From positions 1,178,001-1,242,000 of the forward strand of contig CM035357.1 in the NCBI GenBank assembly GCA_020137815.1: a stretch of DNA of 64,000 nt, given 5' to 3'. This document shows, one piece after another, positions 39,531-53,799 of the stretch. Position numbers and translations under genes: made by a program. Origin of the DNA: Hormiphora californensis. Taxonomy: Eukaryota > Animalia > Ctenophora. How positions within the stretch are numbered: the first letter of the stretch is position 1; each line of letters opens with the position of its first letter. The notes under the pieces were generated by a model, which did no database searches, was not told where the DNA came from, and saw nothing but the letters and a program-made list of their open reading frames with translations.

Positions 39531-41038
39531 TCTCCATTATCCACTGTAATTGAATTTTCTCATAATATATTGTGTAATTTGTCTGTGACTCAGATCCGAA
39601 AGCTAACATCCATAGCTCTTTCTCAGTCATGTCACCGAGTTTTGCCATTATTTTCTCTCCGGAAACGAAACTGATAAATTGACCACGTGTACAATGCTTC
39701 AGCTTAAGTTATATTCTCGTAGACACACACCGTTATCATATTTTTTGTTGTCACTATCATTATTCCACAGTTTTATTCCATATAATACCTCACCATGAAG
39801 GAGGGCTGTCCGTCCAAGGGCGAGATGTCACCCCAATTCATCTTAAGGACGTTACAACTCAATTCTCAGCAAAAAATAACTGGAAAATAATAATAAGTTG
39901 CATGAAACTGGATAATTCCACCCCAAGTAAATTCCATCTGTGTACCCCGAGTAGTGATACTCCATATTGAACATTGGTAGTATAATTGATAGTGTTGACA
40001 GATATATAGTGTGGGAACCTGTCTGCTTTATATTAAAATAAACAAGTTTCGCTAATAACCGGTTAATAAAGTATTTCAGTTTTATAATTCCCAATACTTT
40101 CAGGGCTCGAGGAGGCAGTATGGAAGCTACGTATGCGTATCACGGAGCAGCGAGACGCTCTTCTTCTCTTCAGCGGAACAGTTCATTGTCCTCTGTCTCT
40201 AGAGGGGCTAGTGCAGTGCCCTGTTTGTCAGCGTGCAACTCGGAAGGGTAGGTTGTTTGTTGAATGATGGGGTTACTCAACAATAAGTTGTGGGGTTTTA
40301 TGACTATCAAACCAGATCTTCCTTTTTATTTCTATTACTTCATGCTTGAGAGATCAAGTATTATTTCATCAGAATCTATTGATTCAATATAGATTATGGC
40401 GAAATAATGTTCGAAATTTAAGTCATCCAAAAAAATATTGAGTCATTGATAGTTATTGTTCATCAGTAATTGATCCTGACATCGAATCAAATAATTTATT
40501 ATGTGTGGTAATTAAGCGGTACGTTATAATTCTAACAATCTAATTCTAACAATCTAATATAAGTTCCAACACAGAACGTGAACTTTATATGTTATGTCTC
40601 TCCAGCTAGGCCAATTACATTGTACCTATGTTTTAATTACAAAACAAGAGTTATAATTCTCCTTTCGTCACTAGCTATGTCACTGCGTGTGATATCACAC
40701 TATACTATTAAGTGATCACTATAGTTAATAGGTTATCTCTCTAATCTTCTTCGTGTTGGTATTGTCGATATTTGATCATTGAATTAACATTTGGTCACTT
40801 TCAAGTTTCGATACACCAATAAATATTGGCAGGGTTCAAGGCCAGCTCATAGCTACCATTTCTTTTTGTTACTATTTGGAGTCTTTTTGTTACTATTTGG
40901 AGTCTTTTTGCACTAATGGCCATTATTTTAACCACGCCCTTTGATCATGGCTCTCTTTTTTTGTAGACAACTATAACATCTCTCTCAGAGTCATATATTC
41001 TCCCTTTCTTTTGACTACTATTTGACCTTTATTTTGTC

Positions 41039-41076
<38 letters not shown>

Positions 41077-41806
41077 TTCTTGGTCTTGCAGTGGTATAGT
41101 GCTCTCTCACCCTCTATCCCCTCTCTTTCTCTCCCTCTCTCTCTCTCCCTCTCTCTCTCTCTCACCCTTTATCCCCTCTCTTTCTCTCCCTCAATTTAAC
41201 TGGCTAAATTACTCTCTCTATTCGATAAGTGGTAGTATTATAGGCTCATGACTCTCGACGTGCTAGCAGTTGTTTTGACGTTTCGACATTATAGATCCGG
41301 CTTTGTTCAGATCTGTATGTTCGACTTTTATTGTTCAGATCTGTATGTTCGAAGAAACTTTTATTGGTAATCGATCGCTGCTGCTGCAGTAGAAATATTC
41401 TATAGCTACCACGACCCCCTCCCCCTGGTCGAGCTTGCCCTGGTGTGTGTGTAGCTATCGCAACCCCCTGGTGTGTGTAGCTATCTCGACCCCGGCCTCC
41501 CTGCATCTGGAGTACCCTGGTGTGTGTGATCACTGTTTCAAAGCTGTTTTGCAGCAGGTAAAGTGACTTTATTTTTAATTTTATTTTTAATCCATTACTT
41601 TATTTCGGATTTTTAATCCGTTCGTTTACCGCCAATATAACTGCTTTCATTGAAACTCCATGGAGTTACACAAATAAGTAATTATCGTGACTATCTATAT
41701 TTCCATCTCAATTAACAGTTGAGAAAGTCCTACTGAGTATTACTGAGGTCACTGACAGGATGAATTCGTTAGAAATTCTGCCTGTCACTCACTTCCCGTT
41801 ATCCAG

Positions 41807-41883
<77 letters not shown>

Positions 41884-42289
41884 TCTCTCACACTGAAGTC
41901 TGACCTAACGCGATGTTAACTGGGAATTAAAATTATCATAAAATTTACTGATATATTACTGGTACCGTTGCGGTTCTAAACTCATAGCAGACAATATCTC
42001 GCCCATGTTTACTGTTTTCATCCCAATTTGCAGAACCGTATCTAAAATGTGGTATGTAGGGCGGGCAGGAAGAGGGGCTGTGGGGCCTGTGAAACATAAC
42101 TATTTTCGCCATTCCTGACCCCATTCCTAATTACGAACCAACACACTAATTACAGCTAGTGACACACACACACACACACATCTAACAAGTGCTACTACAG
42201 TGGTGAATGACTGGCCGTGGTTAAAAATACGTGCCTGCCCCCTCACTATCACCTCTAACTCTCTCTCTCTCTCTTTTTCTCTCTCTCTC

Positions 42290-42357
<68 letters not shown>

Positions 42358-42702
42358 GTTATTTCTCTCTTCATACGTCATCACTGAGTCACATTGCTTT
42401 TTCGTTTAGTAGACTGTTTGTTTCCAGTTGTTTTCCTTAAAATTACGAGGAGAGAGAAGAGGGACAGTTTGAGAGAGGGAGATTCCGAGAGGGGGAGAAA
42501 TCGAGAGAGAGAGTCAGAGTGAGCTAGAGAGAGTGAGACCGGAGGCACCAAGTCCAATCAAAACCTAAGGATTACTTAATTCTACCAGTTATACTATGCA
42601 GTATGCGGTCATAAATCGAGGGTAATTTATATTTGTGTTATCGCTCTTTCTAATTCTATTAGCTGTTTTTCTCTCTCCATCTATCTTTCTCTCTCTCTCT
42701 CT

Positions 42703-42784
<82 letters not shown>

Positions 42785-43265
42785 ATATATTTCACTGGTT
42801 AATTTCGTATTAATTTCTACTAATAATAAGTTACAGTAGAACGCCGTGTGTCGCTATATATGAACCAATATACACGTCATCCACAATATTTCACCAACTA
42901 ACATGTCTGAAAATACTTCCACATTTTTCTAATTTTCTGTTTGTTCTTGTTCTGAAAATACCAAAATTACACCATTGTGAGTCTGAAACTAGCTCCAAAA
43001 GTTTTACTGTCTGGCGCTGCCGGACCCCATTTTGATTTTAAGATTCTTAGATCGGGTCGGCGCCGCCAGAAATTTTACGAGCCTCAAACTTTAATATATC
43101 CACGTGCCACTTCTCTAAATCTATCCCAATCCCATCTCCCAACATATTTCTAACATCTCTATTCCTCAATCTCTAACTCCTCCCTTTCCACACAGGAGTA
43201 TAAGCTTGGAGGGGAGTGGGGAACATCGGCGCCTCGAACGGAAAGGATCATCTCTCCTGCTAGAA

Positions 43266-44845
43266 ATGCCGCCCCGTGAGACCCCCAGCCCCTTCTCCAG
43301 ACCATCCACTAATAACAGTAGGGTCCCCATGAAACCTGAAGAGATGTACGGTCTGGCAGCTAGCCAGGATGGGGAGATCTTGCCCCCGCCCCTCCATCAG
43401 ACCAACAGCAGACTGTGCAGAATTAACGTAGCAGGTATAGGGTTTGTGGAGTGTTTTGGGAGGTGGACAATTGCAGTGTCAATTTCCAAAAGATATGCAC
43501 TGTGAAACCGATTCCAATTCCACGAGTATTCACGACATTTTACAAATAAACGAAACGTAAAAGATTCTACTTCTATTTTCCAACACTTTTCTCCCTCCCT
43601 AACAGGTCGAGAGTACCTGACAACATACGAATGTCTGGACAAATACCCAAGCACCCTTCTCGGTTGCCCAGAACGGCGTGCTGGATTCTTCCGCCCTGAG
43701 ATCGACGCCTACTACTTCAACCGATCGCGAGAATGTTTTGAGTTGATCCTAGCGTTCTACCAAACCGGCAAGAGTTACCCAGCACCCTCTCACATCTGTC
43801 CAGAACTGTACGCCGAGGAGGTTCACTTCTATGGGATACCAGAGGACGGGCTAACTGCCAGTGATCTCTCACTAGAAACTGAGGAGCAGGGAGGAGTGTT
43901 ATCTTGCTGTTCTCCCACTATCCAGAGAGTTGGACAGATAACATTCCGGACAATTATGGATCCCAGATTTTCAAGGATAGCCTCTATTTGGCACTTTCTA
44001 GATATCATCTTCATCTGTATCTCGATCATGTTTATGATACTAGAAACAGATCCAAACTATGGTCACTACTTTGTGTACGAGACAATGGATCACCACGAGC
44101 CATTCATGGTAGGAATGGTCTCAATCAACAACATAATTTTCGGGCTCAACAGTCTGGTGATCATGTTCTTCACCGTGGACATTTCTCTCAGGTTTATAAC
44201 TTGGCCAGGGTTGTTGTCGTTCTGGAGAAACATTTTTAATATCCTGGATCTGCTGTCAATTGTTCCGTTTTACATCAGTGTGATAGCCCATGCGATGCAC
44301 CCAGAAAATGAAGGAGAGGATGAGCATGGGAAGATGAGGGGATTAGACAGAAATATTTCATTTTGAAAATGTGCCGGATCTTCAGGATAATCAGGATATT
44401 CCGGTTTGTAAAGCACTCCAAAGACTTGATCGTGATTGTCAAAGTGCTCCTGACTTCACGAAAAGAACTGGGTCTCCTGGTAATTCTTTTGGGTATATCA
44501 ACAATAACATTCGGCAGTATAATGTATTATATCGAGATGGATGTAAATAAAGACTTTAACTCGATCATGACGGGTTGTTGGTGGGCCTTGGTTACCATAA
44601 CAACGCTAGGATACGGTGATTTGACACCCAAAACGGTGGGTGGAAAGGTGTTAGGGAGTGTGTTACTAACATTTGGCATGGTGTTCCTGACACTACCGAT
44701 GACAATCATCGTCAGTAAGTTTGGAACTGTGTACGAGAATGAGAATAGGAAGCTTGCATTTGAGAGACAGAATGGAAGGGGAGCGAGTGTGTTCGATAGT
44801 AGTATTGAGAGAAGTGGTATTGGAAAGCCAGAGCAGAATGTATGA
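43266..44845 (+). CDS. Shaker-superfamily voltage-gated K+ channel alpha subunit; exons 43196(first ATG 43266)-43434 and 43606-44845, with a 1-nt frameshift near 44328-44340
   Basis: T1 domain RINVAG|REYLT...YPSTLLG...YYFNR..FELILAFYQTG..EEVHFYGI; S1-S3; S4 KMCRIFRIIRIFRFVKH; pore WWALVTITTLGYGD; S6 LTLPMTII. Confidence 0.93.
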
Positions 44846-45898
44846 TATATTGATTTGTGTTGATTTTTAACTGATTTGATGCTTTCGGAAATTTGGGTGT
44901 TTATGCAGGTTCAAAGCCGCGGGCGATAGAGCAAACCATTTTCAATGCCGTTCTTTTCACTGTGATCTGAAATTGCTCTTTCGCCCAATATTTCACACTC
45001 AGCAATTGTGTTGAATTGTTCATACTTTCTTCTGCGGAGCACGAACACAGTATCAGGCGACTCAGCAATTGTGTGCCATGTGGTCAAATTCGAAGCACTT
45101 TTGTCGACACAGGTGTCGTCACGGCATTGTGGTATTGTGTGTGTGTCAGACTCTCAGACTCTCAGACAATGTAACTACTGGTGACCTGATGTGTGTGGCA
45201 GCGCCGCTTGTACTACATACAGAATTGTGATGTTGTGATGGAAGTCAAAGTGATGCATTGCTGTGGCAGGTGGCTGATGCATTGTCGAGCTGTGACAATT
45301 ATGTCGGATGACCACGTGTGATCGCAGTGTAATTCACACTCTGAGTCACACAGTCTAGTCACAGTCCCAGGAATATTGGGAGACAGTGGCGGCAGCATTG
45401 TATCGAATCAAAGTGATAACAGCGTTGGTTTTGTGGTTTCTGAACTAAATAACAGTAAATGACAAACACAACAACAACATCAACTAATAATATACTGAAA
45501 ATATCTCTCTTTCGTTCTTCCTAATATTATACAGAAAATATCCCTTTCTTTCTTACTATGTAATAGGAGTCCTATGTCCGGTGAGAAGTGCCCTGTTTCT
45601 ATCTGTCAGTAATACTTGTTCTGTAAAAAGTAAGCACACTACGGACTCTAAATTAGGAATACAATTAGCAGGAAAATTTGGCTCTCTCACTCTCTAGTCA
45701 CATTGTCAATTTAGAGTCTTTCCATTGTATATCTTTCAGTCCCCTAATCCGAACCCTATACTTCTGCTCAGATCAGGTTGGCACCGCCTGGCACTGTCAG
45801 GCTGACAGTACCACTGAGACAGGAATCCTAGGCTTCTGTTGTCTGGCGCTACTCAGATCAGGTTGGCGCCGCCTGACAGTACCACTGAGACAGGAATC

Positions 45899-48800
45899 CT
45901 AGGCTTCTGTTGTCTGGCCGGTTGTGGCCTTGAAGTTCTCCAACTGCTCATCAATCTTCTTTCGTCGGGCGTGTCGTTTCCTGGACGTAGAGATAAGGAG
46001 TTAGTAAAATAGAGATAAGGAGTTAGTAATAGTAAAATAACGACACATTAGAGAGCTGAGGAGAAGTAGATACAGTACATGGTCATCTGAAATAACAACA
46101 GATGTATTGTAGATTTGGATATTGTACTGTGCGGGTACAGTATCTAAATCTACAATGCATCTGTAGAACTAGCTGGGTCAGATGTACAATGTACATGATC
46201 ATAATCATCATAATCATCTCATTGATGTATTCGTTGATGTATAAGATAAACTGTGTCACAAGTTCTGGTTCGACAGGTTCCAGGGTGACTTACGTTCTAG
46301 TTTTCCTTGAGATAACGATAAAGAACAAGGCGGCCAAGAGGCACGCAATGCCCACAAATGTATAAGCAGAACCAAGGAAGAGAGATCTCCCTCCCATCCA
46401 AGAAGTTTCAGCGAGCCGGATAAATTTGCTACCCCTGAAATCTTTTACTTGGTAACCTGCGGTTTGTTAGATACGGATTGTTAAGGAAAATTAACTGAGA
46501 TATTGCTTGGTTTTTGGCTAAACACGCCGGCCTTTTCCAGCGATATTTGAGCCGCCTGGAAGTGACCTCATCCGCAGTGCAGTGGTTACACTTGCGAGAG
46601 GAGTGAGCCGCGCAAACAGCTACACTGGAAAATCACTTTCATCACAACAGAGTCGCCGCGCGCTACGTTGAAATCTTATACTGACTGTGGACGAAAATTG
46701 CCACAACAACATCACTTTTGTAAAGTGAGACTTTGAGATCTCGTGTGGAAACACTGAATTCAGCATGAAAAGGATACGGTAGGTAATGTTGAGCATATAT
46801 TCCCCAGGATCAAGTCTGACTCTGGCGTATAGTTTGGTGAAGGAAGGGAAGGCAGCAGGATTCATCCAGTTTATCAAATGTTCGTCATTAACTTGGCTTG
46901 GCAGGAAGGGTACCCCGCCTTTATCCTGCCAAACCTTCCAATCTCTAGGCCAGGAAAACGCCGTGGAATTAGCTGGGGAAGAGGGAGAATGGGGTTGGAA
47001 AATGGAAACTGACTGGAAATTAGCAACATAATAAAACTAATAACTACTCCTGTTATTCATTGTCTTGTTCGGTTCGACCTCCCTAGCAGTATAAACGAGA
47101 TACTCACACTGGAATCCCTCTGGTACTATAAACTTGTACTGCCTATCAGTCTCCCAGGAAATATTTGTTGTGTTCAGATCGATCTCCTTCCAATTTCCAT
47201 CCTTTCTTAGTTAATTTTGAATGTATCCAGAAAGAAACTGTTAGCTATAGCTCCCCGAGGGGTAGTATGCTTTACCATCTTCATCTGAAGTGGGGATTAG
47301 GAAAGATAGAAAGGGAAGATGGAACAAACGCAGATCACTTGTCATAATACCTATGACTGTAAGTCGCTCACACAGCATTTAATTCGGCTCGGTCCGGAGA
47401 GGGAAGACAAATAAGGGCAGGTCGGTAGAACTTCGACAGAATTTAGGGCAGGTCAATTTAGGGCAGGTCTGAATTTAGGGCAGCTCTGAATTTAGGGCGG
47501 GTCTGAATTTAGGGCAGGTCTGAATTTAGGGCAGGTCAATTTAGGGCAGGTCTGAATTTAGGGCAGGTCTGAATATTCAGAGTGACTGAGAGTTAGTCGG
47601 ATGATAGGTATTTAATGATCTTATGATGGTTGAGAGTGAGTTAGGAGGATACAAATATTTAGGAATTCTTTGGGGGAGATTTAATATTATTTACTTGTTA
47701 CAATAGTTATTGAGAGATATTAGAAGATAAGAATTTGGGTCAATGTTTTAGATGAGTAGGAATAGCGAGAAGCCACGTACAGGGGATTGTGCGACGTGCC
47801 GAGAGGAGAAGCTGCCACGTCAGCCTAGGAAAGCCTGAGAAAGCCTGAGAAAGAGGTGACCAGGGAGCGAGATATGAGAGGAGGGAATTTTCGATTTTTC
47901 TTCAATTTTTCGTTAATAACGGCATAAATTTACATTTAACCGATAGTTCAGCCTAGGCTGACGTGACAGCTTCTCCTCTCGGCACGTCGCACAATCCCCT
48001 GTACGTGGCTTCTCGCTATTCCTACTCATCTAAAACATTGACCCAAATTCTTATCTTATAATATCTCTCCATAACTATTGTAACAAGTAAATAATATTAA
48101 ATTGACCTGCCCTAAATTCCGACCTGCCCTAAATTCAGACCTGCCCTAAATTCAGACCCGCCCTAAATTCAGAGCTGCCCTAAATTCAGAGCTGCCCTAA
48201 ATTCTGTCGAAGTTCTACCGATTAATGTACCTACAAACTACTCTCACCGTTTGATGGTGATTACAAACTCTCACCGTTTCTGTAAGGTTCGCAGTACTGA
48301 TCTAAACAGTCAGCTTGTTCATCACCCAGCAACTGCGCAAAAGACTGGGATCTCCTGTACATTCTATGGTTCTGATAGTAGTTAGTTAACCCATACAAGA
48401 GCATGATCTCGTTACTATCACTGACAGAATCTGGGACTGTCAGACTGAAAAGGAAGGGGGAGATATCATAGCACTGGCAAGTGCCCCGGGCCCAAAAGGG
48501 GGGTGTGGGGGCAGAGCCCCCACCTTAGAAATACCCTCTAACTCAAAAAACAAAAGAGAGAGCACACGCAACACTTCTACACACAAGCGCGTGAAAACCT
48601 GCCAGTGCTACTATATACCATTGCAGATTTCGGGGTTTTTGATGCTTTAAAAAAGCATGTTCCAGATGAAGTAGAGAGCTGAAATTTTGTACTCTGGGGG
48701 CCCTCATATAGGAGAAGAGGCATGCAAATTTTCAGAACGATCGGATTTAAGGTAAACATTTGCCAGAGGGGTCCCAAAATGCAAAAATGTAAGGAGGGGG

Positions 48801-51800
48801 AGGGGAGGGGGAGGGGAGGGGGAGGGGAGGGGGAGGGGGAGGAGGACGCTTTTTTTTATCTTTGAGTGTTCTCCTAAACCACAAATAGTAGAGACTTGCC
48901 GTTTGGAACAGTGGTTCCTTACATCATTGCGCTCGGTAATAGCTGTGTGAGAACTTCGAAATCGCCATAGTTCATTAATTAGTCATTAATTAGTCATTAA
49001 ATATTCATTTAAACCATGGTCGCGATATGACACGACTCGAAGGTCACAGAATCTTGAAACCGGTCTTATTCGACGCGGAATCATCGATTTATGGGGGGTC
49101 TTACTCGGGACAAAAATCTCTATCTCGCACCGTTTAGCCGTTATTTGCATATTTATGCACCTATTCACGATTTTATGCATATTTTCAATATTTTCACTTC
49201 GGCTGGTCCTAGAACGTTTTCATGGACATATTTCGACGCAAAATAGTCTATTTATGGGGGGTCGTCCCCCGGACAAAAAGTCGTATCTCGCATCGTTAAG
49301 CCGTTATTTGCATATTTATGCACCGATTCATGATTTAATGCATATTCTGAATATTTCCAGTTCGGCTGGTCCTAGAACGTTTTCATGGACATATTCCGGC
49401 GCAGAATAGTCGATTTATGGGGGGTCTTACTCGGGACAAAAATCTCTATCTGGCACCGTTCAGCCGTTATTTGCATATTTATGCACCGATTCATGATTTA
49501 ATGCATATTCTTAATATTTCCACTTTGGCTGGTCCTAGAACGTTTTCATGGACATATTCCGGCGCAGAATAGTCGATTTATGGGGGGTCGTCCCCCTGAC
49601 AAAAAGTCGTATCTCTCACCGTTTAGTCGTTATTCGCATATTTATGAACTATTCAAATTCGAAAATATGCAAAAATCAGAAAAAATAGCTTTTTTCAATT
49701 TAACACCAAAAAGAACAGAAATTAAGTCCAAAAACCAATTAAATAAATTAGTTTGGATGCCCGGGCCCATGTGGTGTCACGGGGGTATCAACTTTAGGCT
49801 AATGCCATAAATGATGTATATCGAGAGAGATAAAGGCAAAGGAAATTAGGATAGAAAGAGTGAGATATAATCAAGAAAGACGGAGAGAGAAAAAATGAGA
49901 GATATAGTGGAAGAAACAGTGAGAGAGAAAGAGAGAGAGAAATAGTGTGAGAGAGAGAGAGATAGATAGAGATAGAAAGATTGAAGCATAACAATTAACA
50001 ATTAACGAGATATGCCGTTAATTATGGCAGTAGCCTAAAGTTGATACCCCCGTGACACCACATGGGCCCGGGCATCCAAACTAATTTATTTAATTGGTTT
50101 TTGGACTTAATTAGGGAATATATGTTCTTTCTTTCTTGTATTTTGTGATAACTGTAGTCACATCCCACTTCTTGCTTACAGAGTGTTTTATTTCATAAAA
50201 GTACACTGAACACTGTTCAGTGTACTTTTATGAAATAAAATGTAGTGTGAGCTACACAGACCACTTCCTAACATGTCTTACATTTGAGAAGCACACTCGC
50301 AACTAGATCCTTTAGCAAGCCCTTCCAGCTTCTCTGGGCAGGTAGAACTGGGATTTCCCTTTATCTTACAGTTGGTGTAGTCGTAGTCGTATTCATAAAT
50401 CTGGGAGGGGAACGGTTACACGAAACGGTTACCATAGTTACACGACACGGTTACCATGGTTACACCAAACGGTTACCATAGTTACACGACATGGTTACCA
50501 TGGTTACACGACATGGTTACCATGGTTACACGACATGGTTACCATGGTTACACCAAACGGTTACCATAGTTACACCACACGGTTACCATGGTTACACCAC
50601 ACAGTTACCGTGATTACACGACATGATTACCATAGAAAGAGACAAAGAGAATAACTTGACTTTACCTTGGTAGATTGAACCAGGAGCGCCACACCAATTG
50701 GTATGAACAGTAGCCCAGTTACAACGAACAGTGTCACCACCTTCTGTGTTGTAATTACCAGCATACAGCATGGCTTCATCTTCTGTTGGTAGAGTTTACC
50801 CTCTGAAAACACAGAGTTTGTGGTTGTATGGTGCTGGTATGTTTAGAGAACAACTAGGGACATGGATAGGAATGCAGTTTTACAATGGTGGAGTTGAACA
50901 TGACATGAGGGCAGTAACTCTATCTTGCCAGTTACATTTGCGATTTGGTGCTCCAAGACCCCTTTAGAAGTTGGTGTGGATGAAATTGGATGGAGCTTAT
51001 TGTTGAAGTAGAGAAGATCTCTAGATCTCTACATTCTATTGTTTGTGGGACTGGTATATAACAGCTACTGTAATACAGCTAGCTACATGTACAATCAAAT
51101 CAAATTTATTGGCTCCAAGCTTGTTGGGGGTATTGTCATTTAGCCAAGTTTGGCAGGTCGGTAGAACTTCGACAGAATTTAGGGCAGGTCAATTTAGGGC
51201 AGGTTTAGGAACCGACCGGACCAAGTAAACAACCAATTGGAACTCGTTATTTAGGTCATGTGACTGGTTATCAGCCAATCAGGGACCAGTATTTCCTGAT
51301 TCGGTCGGTTCCTGCTTTGAAGTTTGAACTCATTTGTGGATCAATTAGGGCAGGTCTGAATTTAGGGCAGCTCTGAATTTCGGGCGGGTCTGAATTTAGG
51401 GCAGGTCTGAATACTAAGCATGTGAATGTGATTCGGGGGAGCTTATCAGCGGTGTGAGACGATACGAGATATATAGAACATGATTCGGGGAAGCCAATCA
51501 GGAGTGTTAGACGATATGAGATACGATTTGGGGAAGGTTTCTATCGCTTTCCATCCCTATATACCGCGTGGGCCAATAAAAAATGGAGGGTCTAAAATCT
51601 TAGATTTCTCCGGCACCTTAATTCCAATGGTTCTGAAATTTTGACACAATGTTGTTGAGCTTATGCGGGGGGGGGGGGGGGGGGGGACATGTTAATTGTT
51701 AATAAATCACCTCTTTTTTCGATTTTGTTAATTAACGTTAATTAACAAAATTAACAAAATTAACAAATGCTAAAAGACTGTTCTTATTGGTTGATAATAC

Positions 51801-53799
51801 GACTTTAACTGGTTTAATTTTATAGTTTAATGAATTATCTAACACATATATACCCAAACAAGGCCTTTTCCGATAACCAAAGTCCGACATACAGGTTTTT
51901 TGGCTCAAAATCGATAAAATTCCAAAAGTTACAAATATTTCAATTTAGCGTATAAAATCTCACTTAAACGTAATTTTTAAATTAGTAATCGATTCTTTGA
52001 ACTTAATAAGATGATGTACAACGTTTCTGTTGAAAAAAGAAATAAAATTTTCCCAAAATCAATTTTTTGGTCAAGGATTGAAAATTTGCTTCGCTACAAA
52101 TCCTTGTGTTTTTTTAGAAAAATAGATTTTTGGGATATTTTTCGTTTTAAGGTAAATTCATGAGTCTTATTTAGTTTTTAGGGTGCGAAAATGTGGATTA
52201 GGCTCATTTGACTTCAATTGCGGTTTAGTTTGGCTAGTATTTATTAACATTAACAAAATGGAATAAATCGCTGTAGAAAAGCCGTAGTAGAGGTAGTAGG
52301 GGTATGTAAATCGTACAGAATGAACAACTTTGCTCGCAGAACAAGTGTTAAATACTAAAAATACGTGCTAAAGGGGATTTAGATGGCATAAATGGCATTT
52401 GTTAACGTTTGTTAACTTTTTGTTAATTTTGTTAATAAATCACCTGTTTTCTCGATGTTAATATTAACAAAGTTAACAAAATTAACATGTCCCCCCCCCC
52501 CGCTTATGCCAGATATGTGTACAGAGTTTCAAGTCCAAAACTGCAGAAATTCATTAATGAACCTAAATTCCTGTTTTTAAGCCAATGCAGGTGTTTTCTA
52601 TTCCATGTATTTTCGTTTTCCAGGAACCTCTTTGCACTCCACACCGGATATGTGATACTGGGTATGTACAACAAGGGGAATTCTAGACCTATTGCAATCT
52701 TGCTAACAAGATTTTGGCACACCCTGTTTACGTTTCTTGTTGCTTGAATGGAGGTCACATGACGCTTGTTGTTACCAATCAGTATAAGCATTAGCAAGCT
52801 TCCATTAGCAAGTTTTCGATTTACTAATGTCTCAACTAACGGTTTGTCAATGAACTATCGGCTAAATGTAAATTGATGCCGTTATTAACGAAAAATTGGA
52901 GAAAAATCGAAAATTCTCTCCTCTCATATCTCGCTCCCTGGTCACCTCTTTCTCAGATCACACGGTCCACGCCAGTCTAGGCTGACGTGGCAGCTTCTCC
53001 TCTCGGCACGTCGCACAATCCCCTGTACGTGGCTTCTCGCTATTCCTACTCATCTAAAACATTGACCCAAATTCTTATCTTCTAATATCTCTACATAACT
53101 ATTGTAACAAGTAAATAATATTAAATCTCCCCCAAAGAATTCCTAAATATCTGTATCCTCCTAACTCACTCTCAACCATCATAAGATCATTAAATACCTA
53201 TCATCCGACTAACTCTCAGTCACTCTGAGTATTTAGACCTGTCCTAAATTCAGACCTGCCCTAAATTGACCTGCCCTAAATTCAGACCTGCCCTAAATTC
53301 AGACCCGCCCTAAATTCAGAGCTGCACTAAATTCAGATCTGCCCTAAATTGACATGCCCTACATTCAGACCTGCCCTAAATTCAGACCCGCCCTAAATTC
53401 AGAGCTGCGCTAAATTCAGACCTGCCCTAAATTGACCTGCCCTAAATTCTTTCGAAGTTCTACCGGGGTTCTACCGATCTGCCCCAAGTTTTTATGACAG
53501 GTGTACACTTTATAGCAGTGAGAAGAAGTGGTGGAGTTGTTTGGGACATGATTTCTTACCAAAAAAGGGGCGGACAGTTTCAAACTATATTATTTCTTAT
53601 AGGAACCGACCGAATCAGGAAATACTGGTCCCTGATTGGCTGATAACCAGTCATGTGACCTAAATAACGAGTTCTGATTGGTTGCTTACTTGTGTCAGTC
53701 GGTTCCTGATTTCTTACCCCTGGGTTTATGGAGATGCTCTTTATCAGGATCATCGTCCTTAGCAAGACAACCACACACACTAGCAAACGGTAATACCAT
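45899..53799 (-). CDS. TMEM30A: CDC50/TMEM30 P4-ATPase flippase beta subunit; exons 53718-53799, 50666-50802, 50282-50400, 48275-48444, 47108-47284 (contains indels), 46778-46972, 46294-46456, 45899-45980
   Basis: KPREGKLYQQKM...GLLFIPIGVALL..DYTNC..LYGLTNYYQNHRMY..GAIANSFFLDTF..ISWETDR.YKF..EHLINWMNPAAFPSFTKLY..TSWMGGRSLFLGSAY. Confidence 0.92.
46457..46777 (-). other. U12-type (minor spliceosome) GT-AG intron in CDC50
   Basis: 5' splice site GTATCCTTT (46777-46769) and branch site TTTTCCTTAAC (46490-46480), ~24 nt from the AG; splicing restores frame (ITY|RYQV). Confidence 0.9.
47416..48221. mobile_element. Internally deleted foldback copy of the GGCAGGTCGGTAG-terminated element, with 17-bp AATTTAGGGCAGGTCTG arrays
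   Basis: Left and right arms are reverse complements; same termini as 51152-53483. Confidence 0.8.
48471..50112. repeat. Intronic composite repeat: GC hairpins, ~160-bp tandem units (49060-49650) and a MITE-like inverted repeat (49720-50112)
   Basis: Repeated GCTGGTCCTAGAACGTTTTCATGGACATATT; ~90-bp inverted arms at 49720-49810 and 50021-50112. Confidence 0.7.
50413..50633. repeat. 22-bp minisatellite (GGTTACCATGGTTACACGACAT) x ~10
   Basis: Directly visible. Confidence 0.9.
51152..53483. mobile_element. Merlin-like non-autonomous element (2.3 kb) with nested inserts; right-arm copy at ~57020-57799
   Basis: GGCAG(G/A)TCGGTAGAAC TIRs, 8-bp TSD CCAAGTTT (51144-51151/53484-53491); 51425-51555 resembles 20410-20540 of the other 8-bp-TSD element. 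Confidence 0.85.

Noticed and set aside
44280-44350. A 71-nt GT-AG intron that would fix the Kv frameshift
   Set aside because: Weak donor (GTGATA), purine-rich with no pyrimidine tract, and it would delete S3b and the whole linker; a 1-nt indel is more parsimonious
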